From Methanobacteriota archaeon (lineage in GTDB: Archaea; Thermoplasmatota; Poseidoniia; Poseidoniales; Thalassarchaeaceae): a stretch of 64,000 nt of DNA. Of this stretch, positions 35,563-45,629 are shown piece by piece. The notes beneath the pieces are model-generated. The model saw only the letters and a program-made list of their open reading frames with translations, searched no databases and was not told the DNA's origin. The position numbers and the translations under genes are program-made. The stretch spans positions 58,045 through 122,044 of the forward strand of contig PSPW01000002.1 in assembly GCA_004195615.1 (NCBI GenBank). The letters run 5' to 3'. Each line of letters opens with the position of its first letter. The first letter of the stretch is position 1.

Positions 35563-38500
35563 TCAGCCACCGCCGCCCTTCTGCTGCTGCGAGTACTGGG
35601 CATAGTACTGCGTAGCGTACTGCCGTGCCATCTGCTCCTCGTACCCTTGTGCCACTAGTTGCTGGACATAGGCCTCGACTGGGTCCATCTGCTCGACGCC
35701 GCCGAAAGACTCCACAGAGTCCTGCTGTTCTGCAGTACCTCCTCCCCTTCTCATGAACATCATCGTCACTGCTAGAACTGCGATCAGAAGTAAGGCACCA
35801 ATGCCAGCGAACATCAGAGTCGTAGAGTCCCCGCTTTCCCCTTCACTTCCGTCCGTCTCTTCGATTGGTCTTGGAACGGTGTACAATTGGATTTGGTCAT
35901 CGATCACATACGACCCCTCTGTGACCCTTATGTGGATGATCCCAGCATTCCCATCAAGCTCGAGATAGAGGTGAGAGATGTTCAGAGACAGAGAGTACTG
36001 GTCTCCGTCACATAGCCCATCCTGCCAGTCGAAGCGTCCGAGCGCCTTCTGGGCCGTCTTGATTCCATCGCTCTTGTCGAAAATCGAAGTGTCATCGAGC
36101 GATGCTTCTACCTTCACGTCGCAATCGGCACTTGCATCGTTGTCGACAACGGTACCGGTGATGTTCACGATGTCGGACTCCAAAGCCGAGAATGAGTCTC
36201 CATCGGCAGTAGAGATGCTATCGAATTCCACATCCGGAGCAGAGTCTCCGAACATCTCTCCTACGACCTCGAAGAATACCCTGGTGGGAGCCTCGTTACG
36301 CTGGTCCCTCTTGTCGTAGACAGTCAACTCGACCATAATGGTGTTCTGTCCCGCTGTCAGGTTCCTGAAGGTGTAAGTCCACTCGACCTCGCTGCCGGGT
36401 AACTCGTAGACGTGCACATTGTCCCCATCTCCATTAACAGACCAACTGAACTTCCCGATTCCAGTTCCAACGTCACTGCTGTTTGCTGAAGAAAAGCTGA
36501 TGCTAGTGTCGCCCGTATCAGAGAGTCGGACCCGATACTTGGGTGAATCAACCATAATCCAGTTTCCGTCGGCATCCTGCTTTCCGGTCGGTGTCTGCTG
36601 GTAACCTACGAATTCGACGAATTCGGTGAACATGGAGTCCTCCATTATTTCGATATGAGCCTCAGGTGGGGTGCTGTCCGCATTGATGTCATTCGTGTAT
36701 ACCGAGATGTTGGTAATTCTGGTGTTTCCATGAGAGTCGTGCAGGAACAGCCAAATCCTCCACTCGGCGTCAATCTTGCAGCCAAGTTCGGCATTCTCAT
36801 CTGGAACGCAGAAAGTAGCAGTCGCGGGGTAGACTGAGTCTTCTCGATGAATGTGGTTGTTGTCATCTCCTAGTGTTTCTCCGTCCCATCCAGTCACAGC
36901 CTCTCCATTAGCTGACTCGATCAACCAGTCTGCGTGGATGCCAGTCACATCGGTCTGGAATCCAAAGTCTAGCTCGGCTGAGCTCTTGATTGCCGTTCTT
37001 GCATAGGCGCCCGACAATACGTCAATCGATTGGACAACCTCGTCTATCGTGAGCTCGAAGCCCACACCAGCAATCTCGAATCCATCGGGATATGGGGACA
37101 TGTGGAAGTCCAGAAGATTGGCTAGCATCGGGAAGTTTGGGTCGCCGAACGGTTGTGACACTGCTGGGTTCTCGACATCTATGGTAGTAACAATCATCCC
37201 ACCCTGGTGGTAGTTGCAAGTAGACAGCAGGGACAGGCTGGGATTTTCGGAGTCCCTGATTATGGTGTGGAATGTCCCGCCATCGTTTATCTTCCCGCCC
37301 TCGGTCCCTCCTGCTGCCCCATCACTGCAGACCTGAGGTATGTTCTCAGATTTGACCTGGTTGAGGTCTAATGCAGAGAGTGCGACGTGCGACCCTCCGT
37401 TGATTCCTGCTAAAGAGGAGGGGTTGATGCCCGATATTAGCGGGTGGAACGGGTCGATTAGACTGACGTTCTCGTAAAGTATACGGTGGTCCACTGTGCT
37501 ATTGAAATGGTCTCTCATGACGACGTTCATCCCGAATGGCAGCCTATCCAGTGCGTTCGGGTTCTGTATGTCATCGAAATCGGAGTAATACGGGCCGAGA
37601 TGAACCTGCAGAGTACCTCCCTCCCTCATGAACTCGATAAGTGACTCTGTGAGGGTGATGTCTGCATTGTCGGGGTTCGGAGTTCCCAGTAGTTCGTAGT
37701 ATTCCCCGTATTCGACGCTGTAGTCAGTCTGCCAAGGGAGGAGTATCTTGGAGTAGTGCTCAAACCAGTCCTCCATGCCGTACGTGTTCCAGTCCTCTAC
37801 CTCAAACTGGGTGTATGTCTTGTTCATGGCGGAAAGATCCTGCTTGACCCTTTGCAGTCTGTTCTGGTCGGTCGGGTTCGATAGGATGACCACGTCGATG
37901 TTGTCTAGGAATTCGATATCGAAGTAGCGTTCGTTGCCTGAAGCCTCGCTCGTCTCAGACAGAATAGACTGGAAGCTGATGTTGTACGTGTGAGAGTCGA
38001 ACCACAGGTCGTATGGAGCGGTCCAGTTGGCTTGTGACCTCTGATGAGGGTCAAGCACGAATGGCCCGTTGTCGGAGGTCTGCTCGTAGACGGTCTGGCC
38101 AGTTTCCTCATCGACTATCTTCATGGTGACCTCGTACATCCCCTCGATTACCCCATTGAGCATCGGAACAGCGAAGTCGTGTGACTTCTGACCCTGTGGG
38201 TTCGTAGCGTAAACGCATGAGTACACGGCATCTGCTACACAGTCCAGCACATCGGCCTGGAGGAGTGTGATGTCCGCATTGGCTATTTCGAAAAGAATCG
38301 TTGAGACGTTGTTAGCCTGGCTTATCTCAGGCTTGTCGAACCACTTCGATGCATTGTCGGTGTTATTGTACAGCGTCATCAGGTCGATCCTGTATAGACC
38401 GCTCTCAAAGTCATGAACACCCATCTCGACAACTCGCCTCTGGCCAGCGTCCATCCCAGTCACGGCCTCGGTGTACGAGCCATCGTCGGTGAAGGTGTAG

Positions 38501-41500
38501 TCGTCCACCCTGATGTTGTCGATCGCGAAGCCGGCGTATCCGGCATTGCCATTGACTCCATCGTCATTGGAGTAGAACCTCCACGTGAAGGTGACGTCAG
38601 TCCCTGCTAGTGAGGTGCACTCGTCCGTCCATGCGAAAGAGTCCTCAGCAGTCTGGTTGAGCAGGTGCACGTGCGTCAGGTCGATCCTCGCCGTGTTGAC
38701 TAGGTTGTCGGAGTCGAACCAAGATACGAAGCCGTCCTCCCCTATTCCGCCCGAGTGGTCTCCTACGTACTCTACTTCCTCGTAGAGGCCGTTCTGATCG
38801 AAGTCCTCGCAGTAGTTGTAAATCGTCTCCGTGTATGGGTTGAATGCTAACCTCAGGCCGTTCTCGTTGAGGTCCGTCCAGCTTCCATAGATTATTCCCT
38901 GATACACCTCTCCATCCCTGACCCAAGACACCTCAAGATAGGAGAAGTCCCTGACGGATTGGATGTTTCCGTTCCTGTCGGAGATGTGATCTCCCTCAGC
39001 GAAGTAGTCGAAGGTGAGGAATGTGAAGTCTGCACCGCTGTCTGTGAGTTCGATAGGCTCCAACGTCAGTGTCTCGTTCCAGCTGTCCCCGTAACCATCA
39101 TCGGGGTTACCCAGCCAGTAAGCCTGGTTCTTGAACACGCCTTGGTTCTGAGGGAGCATCGCGGCCGATCCCAATGAATCGTCCAATCTGCTTCCGTTTT
39201 CGTTTCCATCGTCATCCCAAATCGGTTGGAATCCTGAGAAGTCCTCTGCTGCGATTAGCTCAGGGAGCGCGTTGCTGACCTTCGCTTCGATGTCGAAGTC
39301 GACGAATGTGTTGCCCCAGTTCTGCACGCCGACCGTGATTGGCATCTCCCCTGACGCATAGCGTTCTCCGTTCAGGAGAAGATCCAACCATGGCTCTTCA
39401 AACAGTCCTGGGTCGTACAGGTTCCTTACAGTCAACTGGAACCTTGTCTGGTCGTTAGTGCTATCCTGGTCCACTTGACCTCCACCCAGGTTGAAGTTGG
39501 ACAGTACGGTTGAGATGTAGTAGGTTGTGTTGTCTACGAAGTCTGCCGTGAGTTGGACCTGCAATGACTCGCCTGCAATTAGGTCGAGGTTTGTCAGCTG
39601 CTGGCTCTCGACCGTAGAATCGCCGAAGTTCACGTCGCTAGTCCTGACGGTGATGTTGTCGATTGCGAATCCATCCAATCCAGAGTAGTCCAGAGAGCCC
39701 TCTGGGCCCGTGGTTCCCTCTAGTCCACTGCGGAAACGGAATCTGATGTCAATGGTCTGCCCGGCATAAGGAGTGAGGTCGATCGAGTCTGCCTTCTGGT
39801 CTAAGCCCCCGTCTTCCCAGCAAATATCGTAACTGAGGGAGCAGGAATCTCTGATTCCCCCTGAGTCTGTGTAGTTGTTCCACATTGTTGTGTGCCAGTC
39901 TCCGAAGAAGTTGGCGTTGTAGTCGTTGTACTCTGGGTCGGGTACACTTGAGACCCTCTCCTCGATTCGGTACTTTCTCTCGTTGTCCCAACCTCCATAT
40001 CTCCAAACGGTCTCCCAACCAGTTCCATCGCTCCATACCTCTACGCTACAGGAATCCTCGTACAACCACCTCTCAATGACATCATACGGCTCGTTCAAGA
40101 AAAGCTCAAAGAAACCGGCGCTGCATATAGCATCCATGTCCAAGAATGCGGCATCCGCTCCGGAGAGATCTATTCCCTCGAGAATCAATGCCTCGTCCAT
40201 GTGGTTGTAGTATCCAGTGTCCTCGGTTGAGTTGCCGTCGTCGAACACGTAGGTGTGCTCGACTCCGGACCAGAAGTAGTTCGTCGGGTTTGTCTCAGCT
40301 TCCCAATATGGGTATGCGACTGGGCCATCCCAAGACTCGTTGTTCTCTTCTGGGTTTCCATCTGAGGCGAAGCACTTGTCGGTCCCGTTCGGCATGCACT
40401 GGTAGTCGCTGTTGTTGAAATGAGCGACATCGTACTCGTCGTAGTCTGTGGTACTGACCCAGTACCTGTCCTCATCGATATGCCATGACGAGTTGCCGGA
40501 TTCGTACTCGCCAGTGTACGAGTACTTGTTGAAGGAGGCTCCACCGGTGTTGATGTCCGGTGAGGATGACTCGAAATCGTTGAAGTAGACCACCGTGTCA
40601 GATCTCCCGAGAACCTCCCTGACTTCGAGATCGACGTCTAGGCTACCGCCAGAGATGGGCATCAGGCCAGTGTTCTTGACCGTAACGTTAACCCAGCGGT
40701 TTCCCTCACCGACGATGCTCTGGAAGGTAGCGGGATCGGTTACGGACGGTTCAATCTCTACTCTAGTAATCCCCAAATCGAAGTTGTCCAGAACCAGGAC
40801 TGAGAGGTAATCGCCCTGTCCTGCGTATCCCTGAGTGTCTAGCCACATGGCGTTATTCGAGAATCTGTAGGTGTAGTCCTCTTGCCCGATTACGACCTCT
40901 AGGGCGCTGCCCTCTGAGCCTTGGAGTTGCCCTGGCATTGCCATGGTTGGCCTCCTTCCGACATCGAAAGACAGGGGTGCTAGGTACCCGTTGCTATCTG
41001 GGTCAGCGAGTAGTATCTGCACCGTGTTTAGGGCACGGAGGTTTGGCCTCAGAAGGAATGTCTGATTCTGGACTGTGGACTGCTGGGTGTCTAGCAAGGT
41101 CAGAGAAGTGGGTACGAAGAAATCGAGTTCACCGTCTTGGTTGACATCGGCTATGGTGACCGAGGCCCCCAGGAAGTCTCCGAAATCAACGTAGTTCTGT
41201 GTGTCCCATCCCGAGGTGGTCTTGGTTGCGTAGGAAATGTTGCCGGTGATGCCGTCAACTGCTGCGATGATGTCTATCTCATTGACATCGTCGTTTGGGG
41301 TTGAGTCGGCGATGTCTAGCCCGTACAAAGGATAGTCGTGCTCGGCATCGAGCGTGAATTCGTGAATGGTCCCGGAACCCGTTGGATCCATTGGATTGGG
41401 GTACTGACCTGTTACACAGTCGTACTCCAGTACTGTCATGTTGTCGTAGGTCCCCGAAGAGTATCCCACTCCCGCATTGTAAGGTGGGGTCCTGAGTAGC

Positions 41501-42327
41501 CATATGTCGAGATCCTCGCACTCCCCAGGGACGGGATCTCCTGTCAGTGGGTTCTCCAAAAGGTCCTCATTCCAATTTCCGAGCTTGAGAAACTGGTAGT
41601 ACCCGTTGGTAAGTGGGACGGAAATCGGAGCATGCTGGTTCGAAGGGATGCTGTAGTCGGGACCCTTGTAAATCTGGATGAACTGGTTGGCGAACGTAGC
41701 GTCGGTCGAGGAGAAAACCACGTCGATGTATCCGTCGTCGTTGATGTCCCCGACATCGAAGTCAGCAAGGTATGGATTGATGACCGTGATTGTCTCGAAC
41801 ATCTCCTCCCATTCGTTTACCCTCTCGTCGCAGTCCCCCTTGAGGACGGTTAGATTCGCAGGCCTGATGAATGACTCGCCGACGAACCTGACATTCTGCT
41901 GATAGTAGATGACGTCGTTCACTTCATCCCCATCGACATCGGCAATCTCGACCCGATTGCCATCGGCCACGTCTCGGAAACCGGCTCTGAACGAGTCGTT
42001 GTTTGAAATCTGGACGTCCTGCCTGTCTGCGAATCCTCCGTTTCCATCATTGTACAGGAAGCTGATGAAGTGCCCGAAGCCGCTACCTGATGCGATGTCA
42101 TTGTCACCATCGCAATCAAGATCTCCGATTGAGATGTATAGTGGATCCCTCTGAACAGCATACTGAGTGGTGTGAGAAGCAGAAGCATATGGGACTGCCG
42201 AAACGAAGAGCGATGTTAGCATCAGGAACACTAGCCCTAATGCCCTCCTGCTCTTTCCGTGCTCATGGTTTCCAGACATGTTCTCGTTCATCATGGTTGT
42301 TCGGACTTTCGGACCACTCTTATGCAT
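35563..42327 (-). CDS. Giant (2254-aa) surface protein with FG-GAP/VCBS-like Ca-binding repeats, C-terminal TM and Q-rich cytoplasmic tail
   Basis: Signal peptide (RRALGLVFLMLTSLFVSAVPYASA). Repeated DxDxDG motifs (DLDCDGDNDIA, DVDGDEVNDVIY, DVGDINDDGYIDVVF). C-terminal TM LMFAGIGALLLIAVLAVTMMFM then RRGGG...QQQKGGGG. Confidence 0.8.
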   Translation of the reverse strand: MHKSGPKVRTTMMNENMSGNHEHGKSRRALGLVFLMLTSLFVSAVPYASASHTTQYAVQRDPLYISIGDLDCDGDNDIASGSGFGHFISFLYNDGNGGFADRQDVQISNNDSFRAGFRDVADGNRVEIADVDGDEVNDVIYYQQNVRFVGESFIRPANLTVLKGDCDERVNEWEEMFETITVINPYLADFDVGDINDDGYIDVVFSSTDATFANQFIQIYKGPDYSIPSNQHAPISVPLTNGYYQFLKLGNWNEDLLENPLTGDPVPGECEDLDIWLLRTPPYNAGVGYSSGTYDNMTVLEYDCVTGQYPNPMDPTGSGTIHEFTLDAEHDYPLYGLDIADSTPNDDVNEIDIIAAVDGITGNISYATKTTSGWDTQNYVDFGDFLGASVTIADVNQDGELDFFVPTSLTLLDTQQSTVQNQTFLLRPNLRALNTVQILLADPDSNGYLAPLSFDVGRRPTMAMPGQLQGSEGSALEVVIGQEDYTYRFSNNAMWLDTQGYAGQGDYLSVLVLDNFDLGITRVEIEPSVTDPATFQSIVGEGNRWVNVTVKNTGLMPISGGSLDVDLEVREVLGRSDTVVYFNDFESSSPDINTGGASFNKYSYTGEYESGNSSWHIDEDRYWVSTTDYDEYDVAHFNNSDYQCMPNGTDKCFASDGNPEENNESWDGPVAYPYWEAETNPTNYFWSGVEHTYVFDDGNSTEDTGYYNHMDEALILEGIDLSGADAAFLDMDAICSAGFFELFLNEPYDVIERWLYEDSCSVEVWSDGTGWETVWRYGGWDNERKYRIEERVSSVPDPEYNDYNANFFGDWHTTMWNNYTDSGGIRDSCSLSYDICWEDGGLDQKADSIDLTPYAGQTIDIRFRFRSGLEGTTGPEGSLDYSGLDGFAIDNITVRTSDVNFGDSTVESQQLTNLDLIAGESLQVQLTADFVDNTTYYISTVLSNFNLGGGQVDQDSTNDQTRFQLTVRNLYDPGLFEEPWLDLLLNGERYASGEMPITVGVQNWGNTFVDFDIEAKVSNALPELIAAEDFSGFQPIWDDDGNENGSRLDDSLGSAAMLPQNQGVFKNQAYWLGNPDDGYGDSWNETLTLEPIELTDSGADFTFLTFDYFAEGDHISDRNGNIQSVRDFSYLEVSWVRDGEVYQGIIYGSWTDLNENGLRLAFNPYTETIYNYCEDFDQNGLYEEVEYVGDHSGGIGEDGFVSWFDSDNLVNTARIDLTHVHLLNQTAEDSFAWTDECTSLAGTDVTFTWRFYSNDDGVNGNAGYAGFAIDNIRVDDYTFTDDGSYTEAVTGMDAGQRRVVEMGVHDFESGLYRIDLMTLYNNTDNASKWFDKPEISQANNVSTILFEIANADITLLQADVLDCVADAVYSCVYATNPQGQKSHDFAVPMLNGVIEGMYEVTMKIVDEETGQTVYEQTSDNGPFVLDPHQRSQANWTAPYDLWFDSHTYNISFQSILSETSEASGNERYFDIEFLDNIDVVILSNPTDQNRLQRVKQDLSAMNKTYTQFEVEDWNTYGMEDWFEHYSKILLPWQTDYSVEYGEYYELLGTPNPDNADITLTESLIEFMREGGTLQVHLGPYYSDFDDIQNPNALDRLPFGMNVVMRDHFNSTVDHRILYENVSLIDPFHPLISGINPSSLAGINGGSHVALSALDLNQVKSENIPQVCSDGAAGGTEGGKINDGGTFHTIIRDSENPSLSLLSTCNYHQGGMIVTTIDVENPAVSQPFGDPNFPMLANLLDFHMSPYPDGFEIAGVGFELTIDEVVQSIDVLSGAYARTAIKSSAELDFGFQTDVTGIHADWLIESANGEAVTGWDGETLGDDNNHIHREDSVYPATATFCVPDENAELGCKIDAEWRIWLFLHDSHGNTRITNISVYTNDINADSTPPEAHIEIMEDSMFTEFVEFVGYQQTPTGKQDADGNWIMVDSPKYRVRLSDTGDTSISFSSANSSDVGTGIGKFSWSVNGDGDNVHVYELPGSEVEWTYTFRNLTAGQNTIMVELTVYDKRDQRNEAPTRVFFEVVGEMFGDSAPDVEFDSISTADGDSFSALESDIVNITGTVVDNDASADCDVKVEASLDDTSIFDKSDGIKTAQKALGRFDWQDGLCDGDQYSLSLNISHLYLELDGNAGIIHIRVTEGSYVIDDQIQLYTVPRPIEETDGSEGESGDSTTLMFAGIGALLLIAVLAVTMMFMRRGGGTAEQQDSVESFGGVEQMDPVEAYVQQLVAQGYEEQMARQYATQYYAQYSQQQKGGGG

Positions 42328-42372
42328 TACCGAAACGTGATTTTTTGTTGCATTGCGAGATTATTACTTTGA

Positions 42373-42846
42373 TTACTTCATCTCAAGCCAACTGGGGTTG
42401 GGTGAATAGCTTACTTCCGCTCCGCCGTAGACCTTCTCTAGCCGTCCCATAATCCAAAGTCTATCTAAGAAAATCTCGAGGTCGATTCGCTCTCTGTTCA
42501 TGCGCTCCCCCACTAGTACTTCGATGGTTCCGACGTCTAGCGAAGAGTGTCCGTGCTCCCTTACTATTAGAGTTAGTAGAATCTGCAACCATGCCTCTGC
42601 CATTGGGTCTCCAGATAGGTTATTGTTCAGAGGCTGGAGGTCCTCAATTTCGTCCAAGAAAGCCATAATTGCACGTATGTCCGGATCGGTCTTCTTCGAG
42701 ATGCCATGTTCATCGGCCGCGGATTGCAGGTCCAAGTCTCCTACCTTCCTCACTACTGAGGGGATTCGAGATGGGTCGGGCGGTGGTCCGGGAAGGCCTT
42801 CTTCTTGCTCATCTTCTTGCTCATCTTCTTGCTCATCTTCTTCCAT
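42373..42846 (-). CDS. Hypothetical 157-aa acidic protein with N-terminal (EDEQ)3 repeat
   Basis: ATG start 12 nt downstream of the aconitase stop. Tandem 12-nt DNA repeat catcttcttgct x3 at 42803-42840 encodes EDEQEDEQEDEQ. Confidence 0.45.
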   Translation of the reverse strand: MEEDEQEDEQEDEQEEGLPGPPPDPSRIPSVVRKVGDLDLQSAADEHGISKKTDPDIRAIMAFLDEIEDLQPLNNNLSGDPMAEAWLQILLTLIVREHGHSSLDVGTIEVLVGERMNRERIDLEIFLDRLWIMGRLEKVYGGAEVSYSPNPSWLEMK

Positions 42847-42857
42847 TCTAATACCTC

Positions 42858-45563
42858 TTATTTCTCTAGTCTGAATTCATTTTTTACCAGATTTCGGAGG
42901 ACCGTCTGCAGAATCCCGCCATTTCTGTAGTATTCGGTCTCGACTGGAGTCTCTAATCTGACTATGGCGGGAAAATTTATCTCGGTTCCGTCAATATTCC
43001 TCGCTGAAACTTGAATCTCAGAGAAAGGCTCCAAGTCTCCGGATGCGGGGATGCTATAGAACTCTGAACCGTCCAGTCCCAATGAGTCGGCGTCAACCCC
43101 CTGTGTGAATGTTAGAGGTAGGATCCCCATGCCAACCAAGTTGGATCTGTGTATCCTCTCGTAGGACTTTGCGATAACTGCCCTCACGCCCAGAAGGAGG
43201 GTTCCTTTGGCTGCCCAATCCCTGCTGCTCCCACTGCCATACTGAGAACCTGCAAGGACCACGAGCTGAGTTGAGTCTTCGATGTACCTCTCGCTAGCCT
43301 CGTGAATGGAAATTACCTCATCCGTTGGGAAATGGGTTGTGAGACCACCTTCCGTTCCTGGAGCAGTCTGGTTCCTCATTCTGATGTTTGCGAATGTCCC
43401 CCTCACCATCACCTCATGGTTGCCTCTTCGGCTCCCGAATGAGTTGAAGTCTCTTGGTTGGACCCCATTGCTGATCAGATACATCCCTGCCGGTCCGGAG
43501 CTTGGGAATGCCCCTGCGGGGCTGATATGATCAGTAGTTACCGAGTCTCCTACCTTGACAAGCACCCTAGCGTCTACTATTGGCTCAATTGGAGAAGGTT
43601 CTGGCTGGATTCCCTGGAAGAAGGATGGGAGTCGAACGTAAGTGGAGTTCGAATCCCATGGGAATAGTTCGCTCGCTTCACTGGGGATGGCATCCCATCT
43701 TGGTTCGCTCAAGACGTCGGAATATCTGCTAACGAACATCTCAGGCCCAATTGCTGCCTCCACTGTACTGCGAATCTCCTCGTCGCTGGGCCAGATATCG
43801 GCTAGCATTACGGGTTTTCCAGAGAAGTCATGTCCTAGTGGGTCTTCAGAGAAATCTATGTCCAATGAACCCGCAAGTGCGTAAGCTACAACCAGAGGAG
43901 GGCTAGCAAGATAGTTGGCCTTTATTTTCTGATGTATCCTTCCCTCGAAATTACGATTCCCAGAAAGGACGCTGCCAACAACTAGTTCCGAATTGTCAAT
44001 TGCCTCCTCTATCTTTGAGTCGAGAGGCCCGGAGTTCCCAATGCAGGTTGTGCATCCGTATCCAACGATGCTGAAGCCTAGTGAGTCGAGGTCTTCTGAA
44101 AGTCCTGAAGCATCGTAGTACTCCTTGACGACTCTGCTACCTGGTGCCAGGCTCGGTTTGACCCATGGTTTGATCGATAGCCCCAGTGACCGGGCATTCC
44201 TAGCCACCAAACCGGCAGCAATCATCACACTTGGATTACTTGTGTTCGTGCAACTGGTAATTGCTGCGATAACAACATCACCGTGTTTCAACTCGTAGTC
44301 GCGACCCACGATAGTGGATTTGGCATCATTTCTGCTGGCGTCTATGCCATGTCCTTGATGTCCTGTTGGAGCATTGAGGCTAGATCTCCAGTGAGACTTC
44401 ATCTCGGAAAGTGAGACACGGTCCTGTGGCCTCTTTGGACCAGATAAGGAGGGTTCTACAGTTGTTAGATCTAGTTTGAGGTTGGAAGTGAATTTCGGAG
44501 TTGGGGTGGAATCTTGGTATAGGAGACCTTGAGAATCCATGTATCTCTTAACGTCCTCCACATGGCTAGGTTCTCTGCCAGAAAGTAGCATGTAATCGAG
44601 AGTTGTCTGATCAACGGGGAAGAATCCGCAAGTGGCGCCATACTCTGGGGCCATGTTTGCAATTGTCGCCCTGTCTGGGAGGCTGAGATTTGACAGACCT
44701 TGCCCGTGGAACTCCACGAACTTACTCACGCATCCGTGCTCCCTCAGCATCTCGACTATCCGGAGAGTCATATCGGTAGCCGTAACCCCTGGCTGTAGAG
44801 CACCAATTAGTTCGAAACCCACGACCTCAGGGAGCAGCATATAGATGGGTTGGCCGAGCATAACAGCCTCAGCCTCGATTCCCCCCACTCCCCAACCAAG
44901 GACCCCTAGTCCGTTGATCATAGTGGTGTGTGAGTCTGTTCCAACGAGGGAGTCGGGAATCCACAATCCATCCTCTTCTCTTGCTACACTGGCAATCCAC
45001 TCGAGATTTACCTGATGAACAATCCCCCTCCCAGGTGGTACTGCACGAAAATTATCCAGGCTAAGCTGACCCCACTTCAGGAACTTGTACCTCTCGGAGT
45101 TCCGTTCGTACTCGATTTCCAGATTGCGCTCGCGAGCGTCGGGGAATAAACCCGAGACGTCGACCTGCACAGAGTGGTCGATCACTAAATCCACAGGGAC
45201 TTGGGGATTCACCTTGCCTGGATCTCCTCCAAGCTCCTTCATCGCATCCCTTAGTGCAGCGATATCCACAATTGCTGGAACTCCAGTGAAATCTTGCATA
45301 ATAACCCTACTTGGGCTGAATGGGATTTCCTCCGGAGACATTTCCGGTGACCATGCGGCGATTCGTTTCACATCATCCTCATTCACCAAGAATCCATCGC
45401 AGTTCCTCAATGCTGACTCAAGGAGAATTCTGATTGAGAATGGTATTTCCGACAAGTTGCACAGCCCGGACTTCTCCAAGGAATGCAAGTCCATGAAGCG
45501 GGCAATTGATCCATCTGATCTCTGGAACTCTGACTGAGCATTGAATGGATTTTGATTTCTCAT
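42858..45563 (-). CDS. acnA: Aconitate hydratase A
   Basis: 901 aa. Conserved aconitase domain blocks including Fe-S cluster cysteine regions and the C-terminal swivel domain. Confidence 0.95.
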   Translation of the reverse strand: MRNQNPFNAQSEFQRSDGSIARFMDLHSLEKSGLCNLSEIPFSIRILLESALRNCDGFLVNEDDVKRIAAWSPEMSPEEIPFSPSRVIMQDFTGVPAIVDIAALRDAMKELGGDPGKVNPQVPVDLVIDHSVQVDVSGLFPDARERNLEIEYERNSERYKFLKWGQLSLDNFRAVPPGRGIVHQVNLEWIASVAREEDGLWIPDSLVGTDSHTTMINGLGVLGWGVGGIEAEAVMLGQPIYMLLPEVVGFELIGALQPGVTATDMTLRIVEMLREHGCVSKFVEFHGQGLSNLSLPDRATIANMAPEYGATCGFFPVDQTTLDYMLLSGREPSHVEDVKRYMDSQGLLYQDSTPTPKFTSNLKLDLTTVEPSLSGPKRPQDRVSLSEMKSHWRSSLNAPTGHQGHGIDASRNDAKSTIVGRDYELKHGDVVIAAITSCTNTSNPSVMIAAGLVARNARSLGLSIKPWVKPSLAPGSRVVKEYYDASGLSEDLDSLGFSIVGYGCTTCIGNSGPLDSKIEEAIDNSELVVGSVLSGNRNFEGRIHQKIKANYLASPPLVVAYALAGSLDIDFSEDPLGHDFSGKPVMLADIWPSDEEIRSTVEAAIGPEMFVSRYSDVLSEPRWDAIPSEASELFPWDSNSTYVRLPSFFQGIQPEPSPIEPIVDARVLVKVGDSVTTDHISPAGAFPSSGPAGMYLISNGVQPRDFNSFGSRRGNHEVMVRGTFANIRMRNQTAPGTEGGLTTHFPTDEVISIHEASERYIEDSTQLVVLAGSQYGSGSSRDWAAKGTLLLGVRAVIAKSYERIHRSNLVGMGILPLTFTQGVDADSLGLDGSEFYSIPASGDLEPFSEIQVSARNIDGTEINFPAIVRLETPVETEYYRNGGILQTVLRNLVKNEFRLEK

Positions 45564-45629
45564 AATCTCACCGGATTAATACTCCTCGGAAGGGGTACAT
45601 GAAGTTCACCTAGGACAAAACGATGCCCA

